DNA from: Blastocystis sp. ATCC 50177/Nand II | Taxonomy: Eukaryota | Assembly (NCBI GenBank): GCA_039096935.1 | Contig: JBBPEE010000035.1 | Location: forward strand, 124,001 to 188,000 | DNA length: 64,000 bases | Direction: 5' to 3' | Shown here: one piece after another, positions 1-11,360 of the stretch | Position numbering within the stretch: the stretch's first letter is position 1 | Layout of the letters: each line of letters begins with the position of its first letter | Made by a program: the position numbers and the translations under genes | Notes under the pieces: model-generated | Told to the model about the DNA's origin: nothing | Database searches by the model: none | The model's input: the letters and a program-made list of their open reading frames with translations, nothing else

Positions 1-367
1 CAATGGTCAGAGAAGTGTCCTACACCAGAACAAAGGTAAAATGCAGCCCACCTTCAGATTTTCGAGGACCTTGTATGTGCGAGTGAGATTCTTCTTCAGC
101 TGTTCCATAGCGTCGTCCATCTTCTGAATTTCGGCGGAAAATCCTATGAACTCTGTGTAGTGGTCGAATACGCTTTCCTTCAGAGACGACTCCGTATCGT
201 ACTACGCAATCACGCGTCCCCAGAAGATGGATTACTTTCATCTGCTCCAACTGACGGCTAAACCCACGGTATTGGTCTCTTGTCTCTTTCGTGAAGAAAC
301 TCAAAGCCTCATCCTTCGCGTTAAACGCGGGATTGGCGTAGTGGTTGATCATCGTTACATCCGCCAT
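1..367 (-). CDS. Exocyst Exo84/Vps51-family protein, 5' part (runs off the window)
   Basis: Manual splicing gives MADVTMINHYANPAFNAK...LEQMK|YDTESSLKESVFDHYTEFIGFSAEIQKMDDAMEQLKK, resembling the Vps51/Exo84 N-terminal coiled-coil motif. Confidence 0.55.
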
Positions 368-597
368 TTTGCAAGATTTTGCTGGCTGGAATCACGCAGT
401 CGAATTCTTGGGATATGTGGGATTCCTTCCTGTGTTGTGATTCCCTTTCTATTGTGTTTGAAAGCAGTGGAATAGATGATTCGGAGCCGCAGCCCCACCA
501 TGGATTCATGCACTCCTCATTCCCTTCATACTAGGATTCGGTGATACTAGGGGAGCTCCAACGCAACACGAAAGAAGAACATTAACGCGTTATCGAA

Positions 598-3083
598 ATG
601 TGGAAGCAACGCCAACGGTTGCTCTCCTTATTCTACACATCGCTACGATCCTCAGGAAGGAGGAGTCGTTTCTTTTCAAGCGCCGCCGCTCCCGTTTCCG
701 GATCACCGTCTTTTAGAACGCAGCGACCTATTACGGTTGCTTCTCGGAGGTTTGCTATGCCTACAATGCAGTCAGCCGTAGGTTTGGAACAGAGGCGGCG
801 AAACCAGCGGTTGCAGCCCTTTCTCCGGTCGCCGGAGAGATGGTTGACGAGGTCACGGATATTAAAAGGCCGGAGCTCTATGCCGTGCCGATAACGCCGC
901 CCAATCTGAGCATTTCGGGGAAGGACATCGGTCTCAAGCCCATGTCCCTCGAGGACTTCAGGAAGAAGATTTCGAGTTTCCAAAACTCGGACCGCTGGAA
1001 GGAGTTCAACACCGACGAGGGAGTGATCGAGAACGAGCGCGCGGACATCCTTGCCGACCGCATCAACGAGTTGCTGAGCAACCGCAAGCAGAAGTTCATG
1101 TAGGGGCCTGCGATGGGCTTCAGTCTAGCTACAAGGAGTTGCAGCGGTTCATCATGCTGCCCTCCCCGGTGGACCGCCAGGCGCTCATCAAGATGCTGCG
1201 AACCATCGACAAGGGGCTCGATGAGGTCTCTCCCTCCATTCTGCCGTGGATCGAGGCCTACTTCAACGGGACGGAGTTCCCCGAGGCGGGCGAGGAGCTG
1301 CGCGAGGTGCAGCTGCAGCTGAACGCGCTGACGAAGGTGACGGAGAAATTCTTCCGCGATTGGGAGTTTGCCCGCCGGCGCGTGTGAAGGGTAGGAACGT
1401 GCAGTACGATGGGTTCCAGTGGCGCGTGAACGTGGTGCGCGACTGCATCGAGTCGTACGTGACGGACGAGGAGTCCTTCAAACTGTACGCCTATTTCAAC
1501 GCCTTCGCCGAGTCGCCGAAGAAGGCCGCCTCGCTCACTCAGTTCCTGACGCGCTGTGGAGTGGCTGCGACGATGTCTGCTGACGGCTAGACGATCCTGA
1601 AGTTCAACGAGCACAGCTCGGACCTGCTGGCGCTGATCGAGTGGGTGATCAAGGGGCTGAACGACTTCCCGCTCATTTCCATCTCCGCCATCCAGAGCAC
1701 CGAGGCACGCCGCCGCGACGCCGAGCGCCATACGTTGATTTGCGCCTACAACAAGTACCGTTACCACTCCAAGATGCTCGTGCGCGTAGCTGTGTCTTCT
1801 CACACCACCCGTAGAGCGACGAGGAGCAGGAGAAGGGCGCGCTGCTGCTCTCCTTTCGTCTCTCCACGCTGCTCAGCGACGCGCAGCACAAGCTGTTCGT
1901 GGCGCGGCTCGCCGACTACCAGGCCTCGCCCATGGGCCCCAACGACCTCCAGGCCTTCGTGCGCGCCGCCTGCCAGATCTGCGGGCAGTCGGCGTACCTG
2001 GTGCAGCCCTCGCTGAAGCAGTACGTAGGCGTGCGCGTGCGGGGTGAGCGGCAGGCCAACTTTCTGTCGATCCCCACACTGGAGCACGTGCGGCGCATGA
2101 AGAAGCCCGTCCTCACCGTCAAGGCCGTCACGCGCTTCTGCAACCCCGACGGCCGTGGGCTCTGTGCCGCGGACTGACTCGTAGCCGTCGAGCAGCTCCT
2201 CGCCGCCGAGCCCCTGCAGGATGGTGCGGCCAATAGTGCTGGAGGTGTTGGTGGTGGTGGTGTTGGTGGTGGTGTTGGTGGTGCTGGTGGTGCTGGTGGT
2301 TCAGGTAACACAGGAGAGGGCACAGTCAACACTGCTGGTACGGGAGAGACCACAGCCACCACAGCCGAGAAGCCGCTGAAGAAACGACAGCGCGTGCTGA
2401 CCTTCCAGTCGAACGCGGCGCTGCCCGGGAAGCACGCCAACGCCAACTCTTTCTACCAGGTGTTCGTGCACAACCTCCCCGCGGGGATCGGCACGGAGGA
2501 GCTGGCGCGTGCCTTCCGCAACTGCGGCAGCGTGAGCAAGGTGGAGATCCTGGACTACAGCCGGCCGGAGGAGGCGGAGAAGAAGCGTGTGCCGCGCATC
2601 CGACAGCAGACCAGCGAGTCGCGCATCTACGGGTTTATCCACTTCACAGAGCGAGAGGCGCGGGAGAAGGCACTGATTCCCGCGATGCGCGTGTTCGGCG
2701 TGAAGATCCGCGACTGCCTCTGCCGCACGGGTGGTGGAATTGTGGGGGAATGAGGGGTAGAGCCGGCGGAGAACAAGCGGACGCTCTTCGTGGGAAACAT
2801 CGACAAGGGAGTCACGGGCGAGGAGGTGAGCGAGTCGCTGAACCAGATTCTGAAACCGCAATTGCAGATCGAGTTGCAGAACGTGTCTCCTCCGGGGATT
2901 CTCACAACGTCCGCCGGCTACTGCTTTATCGAGTTCGATTCGCACCAGCTCGCCTCCAGCTGCTTCTCTCTCCTTTCGGGAGCGGTCGTGAACGGGAAGG
3001 AGCTGAAGGTGGGGTGGGCGCTGGACTCCAACGACATGCGCAGGAGGAAGCAGGAATACAAGTGGGACAAGTATCACTTCTAG
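598..3083 (+). CDS. Predicted organelle-targeted RNA-binding protein with two C-terminal RRM domains (multi-exon)
   Basis: Arg/Ser-rich acid-free N-terminus (MWKQRQRLLSLFYTSLRSSGRRSRFFSS); intron 750-781 joins the 840 ORF frame; RNP motifs VFVHNL/YGFIHF and LFVGNI/YCFIEF; TAG 3081-3083 then TGTTTGTT 3091-3098. Confidence 0.7.
2241..2302 (+). repeat. (GGT)n Gly-rich coding microsatellite
   Basis: ggaggtgttggtggtggtggtgttggt... encodes GGVGGGGVGGGVGGAGGAGGS before RRM1. Confidence 0.8.
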
Positions 3084-3107
3084 CTTGGCGTGTTTGTTTC
3101 ACAAACA

Positions 3108-3566
3108 GGACGTAGTGAATATATACAGAGAAAACGACCGTTTGTGAACTCTATAGGTGACGCAGACAAGAGAAGGGGACACTGACGACGTGCCAATCGC
3201 AACGCCATATCGGGCTGCACTTTGGGGGCGGTATTGCCCTTCTTATACTCCAGCACTCTCTGGAACAGAGGAGAGTGCTTAAACCTAGACATGAGCGTTT
3301 GAGGAGAGAAACACGCACATCTCGGGAAGGACAATGAACTCGATCTGCGCACCGCGAATATACAGCATGCTGAACGGAATCTCTTCATCGCTGCCCTTTG
3401 CCTTCATAATCACTGTTTTCATGTTCAGGTTCCAATTGTCTTCCACTTCCGAGATCATTCCGCGAAAAATGGAGCCATCGCGAGTTTGCACGAGAGCCGT
3501 GCATCCTTCCGCTTCGTAAAGGATCAGGGTTGGAACGCCAACGATTCTCTTTCCTGTTACACTCAT
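3108..3566 (-). CDS. SNRPD3: Small nuclear ribonucleoprotein Sm D3 (3' end uncertain)
   Basis: MSVTGKRIVGVPTLILYEAEG...YIRGAQIEFIVLPEM|FKHSPLFQR matches SmD3; intron 3285-3318; ATG at 3566. Confidence 0.8.
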
Positions 3567-4114
3567 GGGGTGTTCTTGCTGTGAAGAAGTGGAGATGGCA
3601 AAAGTGGGGCGGATTTTGGGTGCGTGTGGTTCTCTTTGATGCGGATTGTGGATGGGAAAGGGGAATGGATGGGAAGGTGGGTGGGGGGGAATGGAGGTGG
3701 ATTCGAGTTGCATGTGGAGTTGTGTGGGGAATGCGTGGTTTTTGATGAGAGAGAGATGGGATTGGTGTGCGTGATGGTGTATTTTGTGAGATGAAGTGGA
3801 TGGAGGAATGTGAGTGGGGAGTTAGCACCATGTTGAGTAGAAACCGTCTGTGATTTGATTGCGTGTTTCTTAGTTGGAGATATGTGTGTGAATGAGTAAA
3901 AACGGAAATGACGTTCTTCTGCTCTGCTATGGGGGTGGTTTTGACAAGGTAGTCATGATAGGGCTAGAATAGCAGGAGATACGCTCACGGGATGTGTAAT
4001 GATGTGAAACTTAGCCGCTTGGAACTAGGATGGTGAACAAATAAGTACTGTAATGAACTAAACGCAAATATGGTACATGCAATCATTGATTGTAGATAAT
4101 CACGATTTACGTGA

Positions 4115-7100
4115 TTATCTGCAGAATATCACATAAAGAAGAATCATAAGCAATATCCACCATCCAAGCAATCCAAATGAGAGAAAAGGATATGTGTCTA
4201 CCCAAAAGAGAGAAACAATCATTGCAATGAACACCACAACTATGATACAACCTAGAGCAATTGCAAATTCGTTAGTAAATATATCTTTATCAGCTGCAAT
4301 AGACACAACAATAACATACACCAAACCAATACCCAGGGGAATGTAAAACAACCAACTATTCACAAATGACAGAATGCAAGTGCAAATGATCAAACATACC
4401 AACTCTGCTGGGATAATAACAACCTTCAATTCATCATCCATTTCTCCAATACAACACCATACAAACAGAATTACTGTAACTGCCAACCACCACCCAAGCA
4501 ATCCATATGAAAGAAGAGGAGGAGACTTGATAGTGCAAATGGTTAGAATACACCACCCAACAAAGAGAGTCACATCAATCACTAACAGAAGGATTGAATA
4601 GGACTTCCTACTGTCACTATTGTCTCCCATTACAATAGACACAACAATAACACACACCAAACCAACACCCAGGGGAATGACAAACAACCAGTTATTCATA
4701 AACGACAGAATGCAAGTGCAAATGATCAAACATACCAACTCCACTGAGACAAAGAAAACCAATGGGCTATTATCTTCCCCAATACACCATACAACCAGAC
4801 CCACTGCAGTAACAAACCACCACACAAGCAATCCCCATGAAAGAAGAGGAGGAGATTTGATAGTGCGAATGGCAAGAATACACCACCAAATGAACAACAC
4901 AATGAAAGATATCATGAGCATGAAAGAAAACCAGTCGGCAGCATCACTATCACTCTCCAGCACGACAAGGAACACACCAATAGCATACAATACACCAATT
5001 CCCAGACTGATGTAAAACAACCAAGAGTTCACAAAGGACAGAATAAAACTGCACACAATCAAGCACACCAACTCTGTTGCGATAACGCCAGCCCTCCATC
5101 CACCATCCACATATCCACCATAACACAACACAACCAGAGCCACTGCAGTAACAAACCACCATCCAAGCAAACCATATGAAAGAAGAGAAGGAGATTTGAT
5201 TGTGCGAATGGTTAGAATACACCACCCAACAAAGAGAATCATATCAATCACAAACAGAATGATGGAATAAGACTCTTTGGTTTCCTTCTTACCTCCCATT
5301 ATTACAGACACAGCAATAAAACACACCAAACCAATTACCAGACTGATTACAAACAACCCATTGTCTATAAAAGACAGAATGAAACTGCACACAATCAAAC
5401 ATACCAGCTCTGTTGAGAGAATGAGAACCCTCAACCCACCATCCACACATCCAAAACAGCACAACTCAACCAACACCGCCCCAATTGCAAACCACCACCC
5501 AAGCAATCCCCAAGAAAAAAGAGGGGGAGACTTGATCGTACACAATGCCACCACACACCACCCAATGAACACCGCCAAATCAATCCCAAGCAAGACACCA
5601 CCTCGTTCCTCCTTCATCCCAATCATCCCAACAACTCCGACAATTCCAACCCCCAACACAACAGACAGAATCAAATACACTTTATTGTTTGCTCCACTCA
5701 ACGCAAGACAGAACAGGAACAACAACACCAGCATCGACGTGATGGAATTCGCGTAGTACGCAAAGGCGCTGGACATGGTGGAGTACTGATAGACCATGAA
5801 CGCCACCTCCACCACGCCGCACACTCCCAGCCCGTACGGCGCCCACGAGGGATGCTTGAAGTAGCACCATCCCGCTGCAGCCGCCAGCAGAAGGCTCACA
5901 ACCAGAAACACGGCGGAATACCCATTCGCCCGCGCATCTGTCATGCGCACGCTATACTTCCGCTCTCTCTTCTTCAACCACCCGCTCTTAAACACACCCT
6001 CCACCTTCACCTGACCCCATTGGAAGGTCCTCCCCCTGCCCGATCGAACCGCCTGGTTCTTCTTCATCTCGAACCCTCCTTCATATACCTTCTTCCCCTT
6101 CTTGTCGTACTCGATCATCACTCCATCCTTAAACTCCTTGGCTTTGCGCTTCAACTCCCCCTTCTCAAAACAGCCACAATACGCAATCACACCCTTCTCA
6201 TACACAGTGCCCTGTCCATCACGCAAAAACACACCCTTCTCATTCCTCACATAACCGCCCCAATACACCATCTTCCCCTCTTCATCATACTCCCTCATCA
6301 ACCCCTTCTCAAACTCCAACTCCTTTCTCTTCATCGCATCTCCTTCAAACACACCCATACACTTCAACTCTCCATTCTCAAACACTGTTCCTTTTCCATT
6401 GCGAGGACAGAACAACTCCGGATTCTCGGCATATTCTCCCACATACACCACAACTCCCTTCTCATCCATCTCCGTCATCACCTCGTCCACCAGCATCTTC
6501 CATCGTCTGACCTCTTCTCCATTCGCATACATGTTCACTCTCGCCACAACGCCACCCTCCAACACACATCCTTTCCCCTCTCGGCAGAACCCACTCGCCA
6601 CGTCATTCCTGTACTCTCCCACAAAGCACTTCTCTCCTCCCTCTCCGAACTCCGTTCGCACCTTCTCGTCGAACTCCAGCATCACTCGCTCCATTCGCCC
6701 TCCACGATACCACTCGCCACGCTTTACGCGTCCCTGCTCGTAGATGAAGCACAAGCCGTCCATCGCGGAGAAGTCGGCGGTGTACTTCGCAACCGACAGG
6801 ATTTCATTCGTCGCCTTGCTTCGCTCCTCCCAGTAACCCTCCAGCGAGGAGAGCGGATGCAGCACGGACACTTCCGCGCCGTTGGAACAGCGCACCATCT
6901 CAGTTCGATTCCCATCCCCATCGAACTTCTGGACGACGCCCTCTTTCTTCCCATTCACATAACACTCCGTTTGCACCAACACGCCCTCTGGAGTGCGACG
7001 CGTGAATGATCCCTCCAGCATGTCATTGCAGAAGAAGCACTCCGCAATGCTGCATCCTTGACGATTCTCCAACAGGCCGCTCCCCTCCTTCTTTCCGTTC

Positions 7101-7354
7101 ACCATCGTCGTGAACAGAACAAGACCAGGATGCAAAGGGTAGGTAATACTGCATTTCCCGGTATACTGCCCTCCAGGGAGCAGCATTCGTACATCTCCCT
7201 TCTCCAACAGAAAGGAACAATCAGATATGGAACCAGACATAATGTCAGCTTTCTTTGCTGCAAACGCGTGTTGATGGTTTTGACAACGACAGTTACATTC
7301 GCACAATCCAGTATCTTCTCCAGTTCCCGAATTACACTGAGGATCACTATTCAT
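4115..7354 (-). CDS. Intronless MORN-like repeat protein fused to a tandemly repeated polytopic membrane domain
   Basis: Single 1104-codon ORF; beta-hairpin repeats (VYxGEY...R.GKG.VFE.G), then about 20 hydrophobic helices in ~110-aa repeats (GWCILTIRTIKSPPLLSxGLLGWW); start codon uncertain. Confidence 0.8.
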   Translation of the reverse strand: MNSDPQCNSGTGEDTGLCECNCRCQNHQHAFAAKKADIMSGSISDCSFLLEKGDVRMLLPGGQYTGKCSITYPLHPGLVLFTTMVNGKKEGSGLLENRQGCSIAECFFCNDMLEGSFTRRTPEGVLVQTECYVNGKKEGVVQKFDGDGNRTEMVRCSNGAEVSVLHPLSSLEGYWEERSKATNEILSVAKYTADFSAMDGLCFIYEQGRVKRGEWYRGGRMERVMLEFDEKVRTEFGEGGEKCFVGEYRNDVASGFCREGKGCVLEGGVVARVNMYANGEEVRRWKMLVDEVMTEMDEKGVVVYVGEYAENPELFCPRNGKGTVFENGELKCMGVFEGDAMKRKELEFEKGLMREYDEEGKMVYWGGYVRNEKGVFLRDGQGTVYEKGVIAYCGCFEKGELKRKAKEFKDGVMIEYDKKGKKVYEGGFEMKKNQAVRSGRGRTFQWGQVKVEGVFKSGWLKKRERKYSVRMTDARANGYSAVFLVVSLLLAAAAGWCYFKHPSWAPYGLGVCGVVEVAFMVYQYSTMSSAFAYYANSITSMLVLLFLFCLALSGANNKVYLILSVVLGVGIVGVVGMIGMKEERGGVLLGIDLAVFIGWCVVALCTIKSPPLFSWGLLGWWFAIGAVLVELCCFGCVDGGLRVLILSTELVCLIVCSFILSFIDNGLFVISLVIGLVCFIAVSVIMGGKKETKESYSIILFVIDMILFVGWCILTIRTIKSPSLLSYGLLGWWFVTAVALVVLCYGGYVDGGWRAGVIATELVCLIVCSFILSFVNSWLFYISLGIGVLYAIGVFLVVLESDSDAADWFSFMLMISFIVLFIWWCILAIRTIKSPPLLSWGLLVWWFVTAVGLVVWCIGEDNSPLVFFVSVELVCLIICTCILSFMNNWLFVIPLGVGLVCVIVVSIVMGDNSDSRKSYSILLLVIDVTLFVGWCILTICTIKSPPLLSYGLLGWWLAVTVILFVWCCIGEMDDELKVVIIPAELVCLIICTCILSFVNSWLFYIPLGIGLVYVIVVSIAADKDIFTNEFAIALGCIIVVVFIAMIVSLFWVDTYPFLSFGLLGWWILLMILLYVIFCR

Positions 7355-7373
7355 TTTGAAATCGAACACGATC

Positions 7374-10300
7374 ATGAGCAGCAGTTCTAAATACGTTTGT
7401 GGAAAGAAGATCGGAGAAGGGCTTCTCATTCTCGCAGCCTCTCACAGATAGAGCCTTCGGAGTTGTTTACGAAGGATTATGCGCCTCTGACAAATCCGCG
7501 GTTGCCATCAAGGTCATTTCGTGCAACACAAATCTGCCCTTTCTTGATGAGGAAGCAAAGGCTCTCCATTCTGTGAAATCCGAGTATGTTGTGAAGTATG
7601 TGGACGTTGTAGTGGAGCCAAGAGAGGTGTGGGTAAGCCAAATCTTCCCCTGTTCACGAATCAGCTGGTTATGGAGTACTGCAGCAAAGGATCGGTTGGC
7701 AACTATCTTCGCGATATACAGAAGTTGAAGGAGGTGGAGATCCGCGATATTGCTGCCTGCTCTCTATTAGGATTGAACGACCTCCACAAGCAGAGGATCA
7801 TCCATCGAGTAATTCATTACTCGTGTCCATCAGGGATAGGACATCAAGCCCGACAATCTCCTCTTCGGTGACAATGGTACTGTAAAGCTGGGCGATTTCG
7901 GCTTGGCAACGCAGCTGGGCTCCTCCTCGTCTCATCGATCCACCATCTGTGGCACAAACTGCTACATGGCTCCCGAGGTGTTTGACGGAGCGACTTGCTT
8001 GAAATCCGACGTCTGGTCGCTGGGCATCACTCTCATCGAGCTGGCAGAGGGAAGGAACCCCTTCGGCGTTTCGACTGCCGCAGCGGCGATGAAGTCGATT
8101 TACCTGAATCCTCCGCCTTCTCTCTCCTCCTCTGCGTACTCTCCCGACTTCGTGGACTTTGTGAAGCAGTGTCTGGTGAAGGAGCGGGAGCAGCGCCCCT
8201 CCGTCGCAGAGTTGCTTACGGTGGGTTTGAGTGGGTTGAGTCACACACAGCATCCGTTCATTGTGGACGCAGTGCGAACCATCACACAGAATGGGGTTTC
8301 GCCTGTTCTGGAAGGCATCGTGGGAGCCAATTCCACACCCACACCCACACCCACACCCACACCCACACCCACACCCACACCCACACCCACACCCACACCC
8401 ACACCCACACCCACACCCACTGTGGGAGGCAACTTGTTTCCATTTACGGTGATCGATATGGGACCGACCCCATCAAGCGGAACGCACGGCTCTTCGGAGA
8501 AGGGCGTTTTGCGGATTCGCAACGAGGACGACTTTCACTCCATGCAGAAGGGCATTCACACCATTATCACGGAGGCGAATGTGTGCAACAACGGGTCGAT
8601 CACTTCGTGGAGTTTCACTTCCTATCCCCAACTGCGTGAGCTCTCCGTGGGACCCCAATCCTTTCGATGTGTGGGGAGTTTGCGACTGGATGGCATGGTG
8701 CAGTTGGAGAGTGTTGTGATTGGCGAGGGGAGTTTCACCATGTGTTCCGCCATTCCAGCCACTTCCACCAACAACGCATTCGTCATTTCCAACTGTCCCA
8801 AACTCAAAACCATCGCCATTGCATCCAATGCGTTCATGGATTGGGGCGAGTTCCAATTGAAGAGTGATGATTGAAGAGAAGAGTGATGATTAGACGTGAA
8901 GAGTTTGAGGGAATTGAGTGTGGGTGATAACTGCTTCTGTCGCTGTCACACGACCGTGTTTGAAGACTTGCCTTCTCTGACTTCCATCAAGCTAGGCATT
9001 GATGTGTTTGAGGGCACGGAACAGAGTCGGAATGTCTTCCGCATGAAGAGTACCCTCATACCCATCCATCTTATCTAGACCTCGCTAAACTCAAATCCTT
9101 CACCGCGGGGAAGTGCAGTCTCGGTAATGCAAACGAAGTGCTGTTTGAAAGTGGTGTTGAAACGCTATTCTGACACATAGACGTTCCTTCTCTGCAACAG
9201 TTGGAACTGCCCTTCGCAATGGTCAAGATCACAACCTGTTCTGTGAAGAGTGGCTGTCTGTAGAGCCAATCAAGCCTAGATGCGAGCCTTCTGGAGGAGT
9301 ACTCGACGGTGAAGGAGTTTCTGGACAACGCAAAGAAGATTCAAAGCAAGGAGGAGGAGAAGATCCAAGAGGCGCTTCGTGTTGCGAAAGAGGAAAGGAT
9401 ACGCCGCAGCGAGGGAAGAGTGATTAGTCGCGAGGACTACAAGAATCTGTTGGAGTCCATTCCGGGCTTGTCGATCGAGAGCTGCTGCAACGAAAGCGAC
9501 TTCACTTCCCTCGACCTCTCGCCCTTCCACGGCCTCGGCTCCATCTCGATCAGCCCGCAGAGCTGTCGGTACGTGACCTCCTTCGCCATCAATGGGATGA
9601 AGAAGTTGGAGAGTGTTGTGATTGGCGAGGGGAGTTTCACCATGTGTACTACCGTTTCCACCAACAACGCATTCACTATTTCCAACTGTCCCAAACTCAA
9701 AACCATCGCCATTGCATCCAATGCGTTTATGGATTGGGGCGACTTCCAATTGAAGAGTGATGATTGAAGACAAGAGTGATGACTAGACATGAAGAGTTTG
9801 AGAGAATTGAGTATGGGCGACAACTGTTTCTGTCGTTGTCACACGACCGTGTTTGAAGACTTGCCCTCTCTGTCTTCCATCAAGCTAGGCATTGGTGTGT
9901 TTGAGGGAGATGAACAGAACCAAAACGCACTCACTATGAAGAGTACCCTCCCACCCATCCCTCTCAATTAGACCTCTCCAAACTCCAATCCTTCACCGCG
10001 GGGGAGAAGGCTCTTCGCTGCGTCACTCATGCCACCCTCATCAGTTCCACTCCTCCTTTTCCCTCACACCCAGACATCCCTTCTCTGGAATCGCTCTGCC
10101 TGCCGCGCGCCTTCGAGAAGATCGCCGCCCTCACCTTCTCCAGTACACGCCTCTCAACCCAGTCACTCCCAGATGCCAGCGAGCTGGAGCGCCTCCAGAA
10201 CCTGCAGCCCTGCGTCACGCGCCGCTTCACCGTCCGGTCGCTGCAGGAGTTCAACGCGCTGCCCGCCGACACGGTGGAGATTGCCGTGGAGAACAACAGC

Positions 10301-11203
10301 TGCAACGAGCCGGTTGTTGGCACTGTCGACGTGAGTCGCTTCCCACGACTGGAGCTGCTGCGCGTCGGCGACAACTGCTTCTGGAACGGCACGGCGCTGC
10401 GCGTGGTGGGACTGAGCGCGCTGAAGACGCTGGAAGTGGGCGTGAACTGCTTCAACGGCAACGGCAGGGACTCGGCGCTGGTGCTGCGGGACTGCGCGGC
10501 GCTGCGGACGGTGGACCTGGGCTACTGCTCCTTCTGCAACTACGTGACGTGTGAGATGAGTGGTGGGTGAGGTGAGAGGGGTTGAGAGAAAGGACTACCG
10601 AAGCTGGAGAGTCTGAACATCGGGCAGGTGGAGAAGAAGTCCTTCGACTTCCAGAAGGCGTCGCTGGTGGTGAAGGGTGGCTCATGGGAGGGTGGGTGAG
10701 GGGTAGACATGCCGTCGCTGAAGAGCCTGCAGCTGGGCGCGTACTGCTTCATGCGCTCCTGCCACACGGTCATTGCGAGTAAAAGAGGGAGGGAAATGCG
10801 AGGTAGATTTGCCGGCCTTGGAGGAGTGCAGAATGGGAAGGCATGCCTTGGAGGGAAACGACACGGACAGGAGTAGCAGTGTGGAAATGCGAGGTTGGGG
10901 TGAGATGGCGAATTGAGAGTAGATCTACCCAAACTCAGGACAATCGTGTCCGAAGGCTTCAGTCTGATCTATGTGTACAATGTGCAATGCGAAAGTGAGG
11001 AAAGAGAGGAGAGTTGAGAATAGACATGCCGGCGGTGGAGACAGCGATCTTTTCAAGTCCACTGCGGTGCATGAAATCGTGTGATCTTTGCAGTGGCACA
11101 GAAGGGAGAGAGTGAGGGAGTAGATGTGGGGAAACTGGCTCAGTGCTTCCCTGAAGTGGAGGAACGCGTTCCCGAGAAGAGGTCTTTTGGTTGCTTTGCT
11201 TAG
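7374..11203 (+). CDS. STE20/MST-like Ser/Thr kinase fused to BspA-like leucine-rich repeats (multi-exon)
   Basis: MSSSSKYVCGKKIGEG|AFGVV, VAIK, IIHR|DIKPDN, DFGLA, YMAPE, DVWSLG; (TP)14 linker; repeated LESVVIGEGSF / LRELSVGDNCF units; TAG 11201-11203 then TGTTTGCA. Confidence 0.85.
8335..8418 (+). repeat. (ACACCC)14 perfect hexamer repeat encoding a Thr-Pro linker
   Basis: 14 exact copies, in frame between the kinase and LRR regions. Confidence 0.95.
8703..10003 (+). repeat. Intragenic duplication of ~400 nt (8703-9110 and 9605-10003) including introns
   Basis: Both copies start gttggagagtgttgtgattggcgaggggagtttcaccatgtgt and share near-identical introns (gtgatgattgaagagaagagtgatgattag vs gtgatgattgaagacaagagtgatgactag). 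Confidence 0.9.
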
Positions 11204-11347
11204 GAAGCTGTTTGCATTCTGACAAGCTCATTTTGGCAATCACAGTGTATTCATGAAAACGGACTCTATAAATTGCACCTGCAATGCAAATGGCATCCAA
11301 ATTCGCAACTGAAAATGCAATGCCCGCCAAATGAGTCATTCAACGAC

Positions 11348-11360
11348 AACAAACACAGTA
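11348..11360 (-). terminator. Poly(A) signal TGTTTGTT with incomplete stop T
   Basis: Minus strand AGC GTG T|ACTG TGTTTGTT. Confidence 0.7.

Noticed and set aside
3100..3190. SmD3 as another poly(A)-completed stop
   Set aside because: No splice choice places a codon-initial T/TA/TG at the -5 position of the TGTTTGTG motif; the 3' end is unresolved, so it was not counted.
3570..4110. G/T-rich 540-nt spacer with short ORFs and possible G-quadruplex runs
   Set aside because: Low-complexity intergenic sequence; ORFs have no coding-like composition and no structure I can support.
8335..8418. (ACACCC)14 as an interstitial telomere or CRISPR-like array
   Set aside because: No spacers; it lies in frame as a Thr-Pro linker between kinase and LRR domains.
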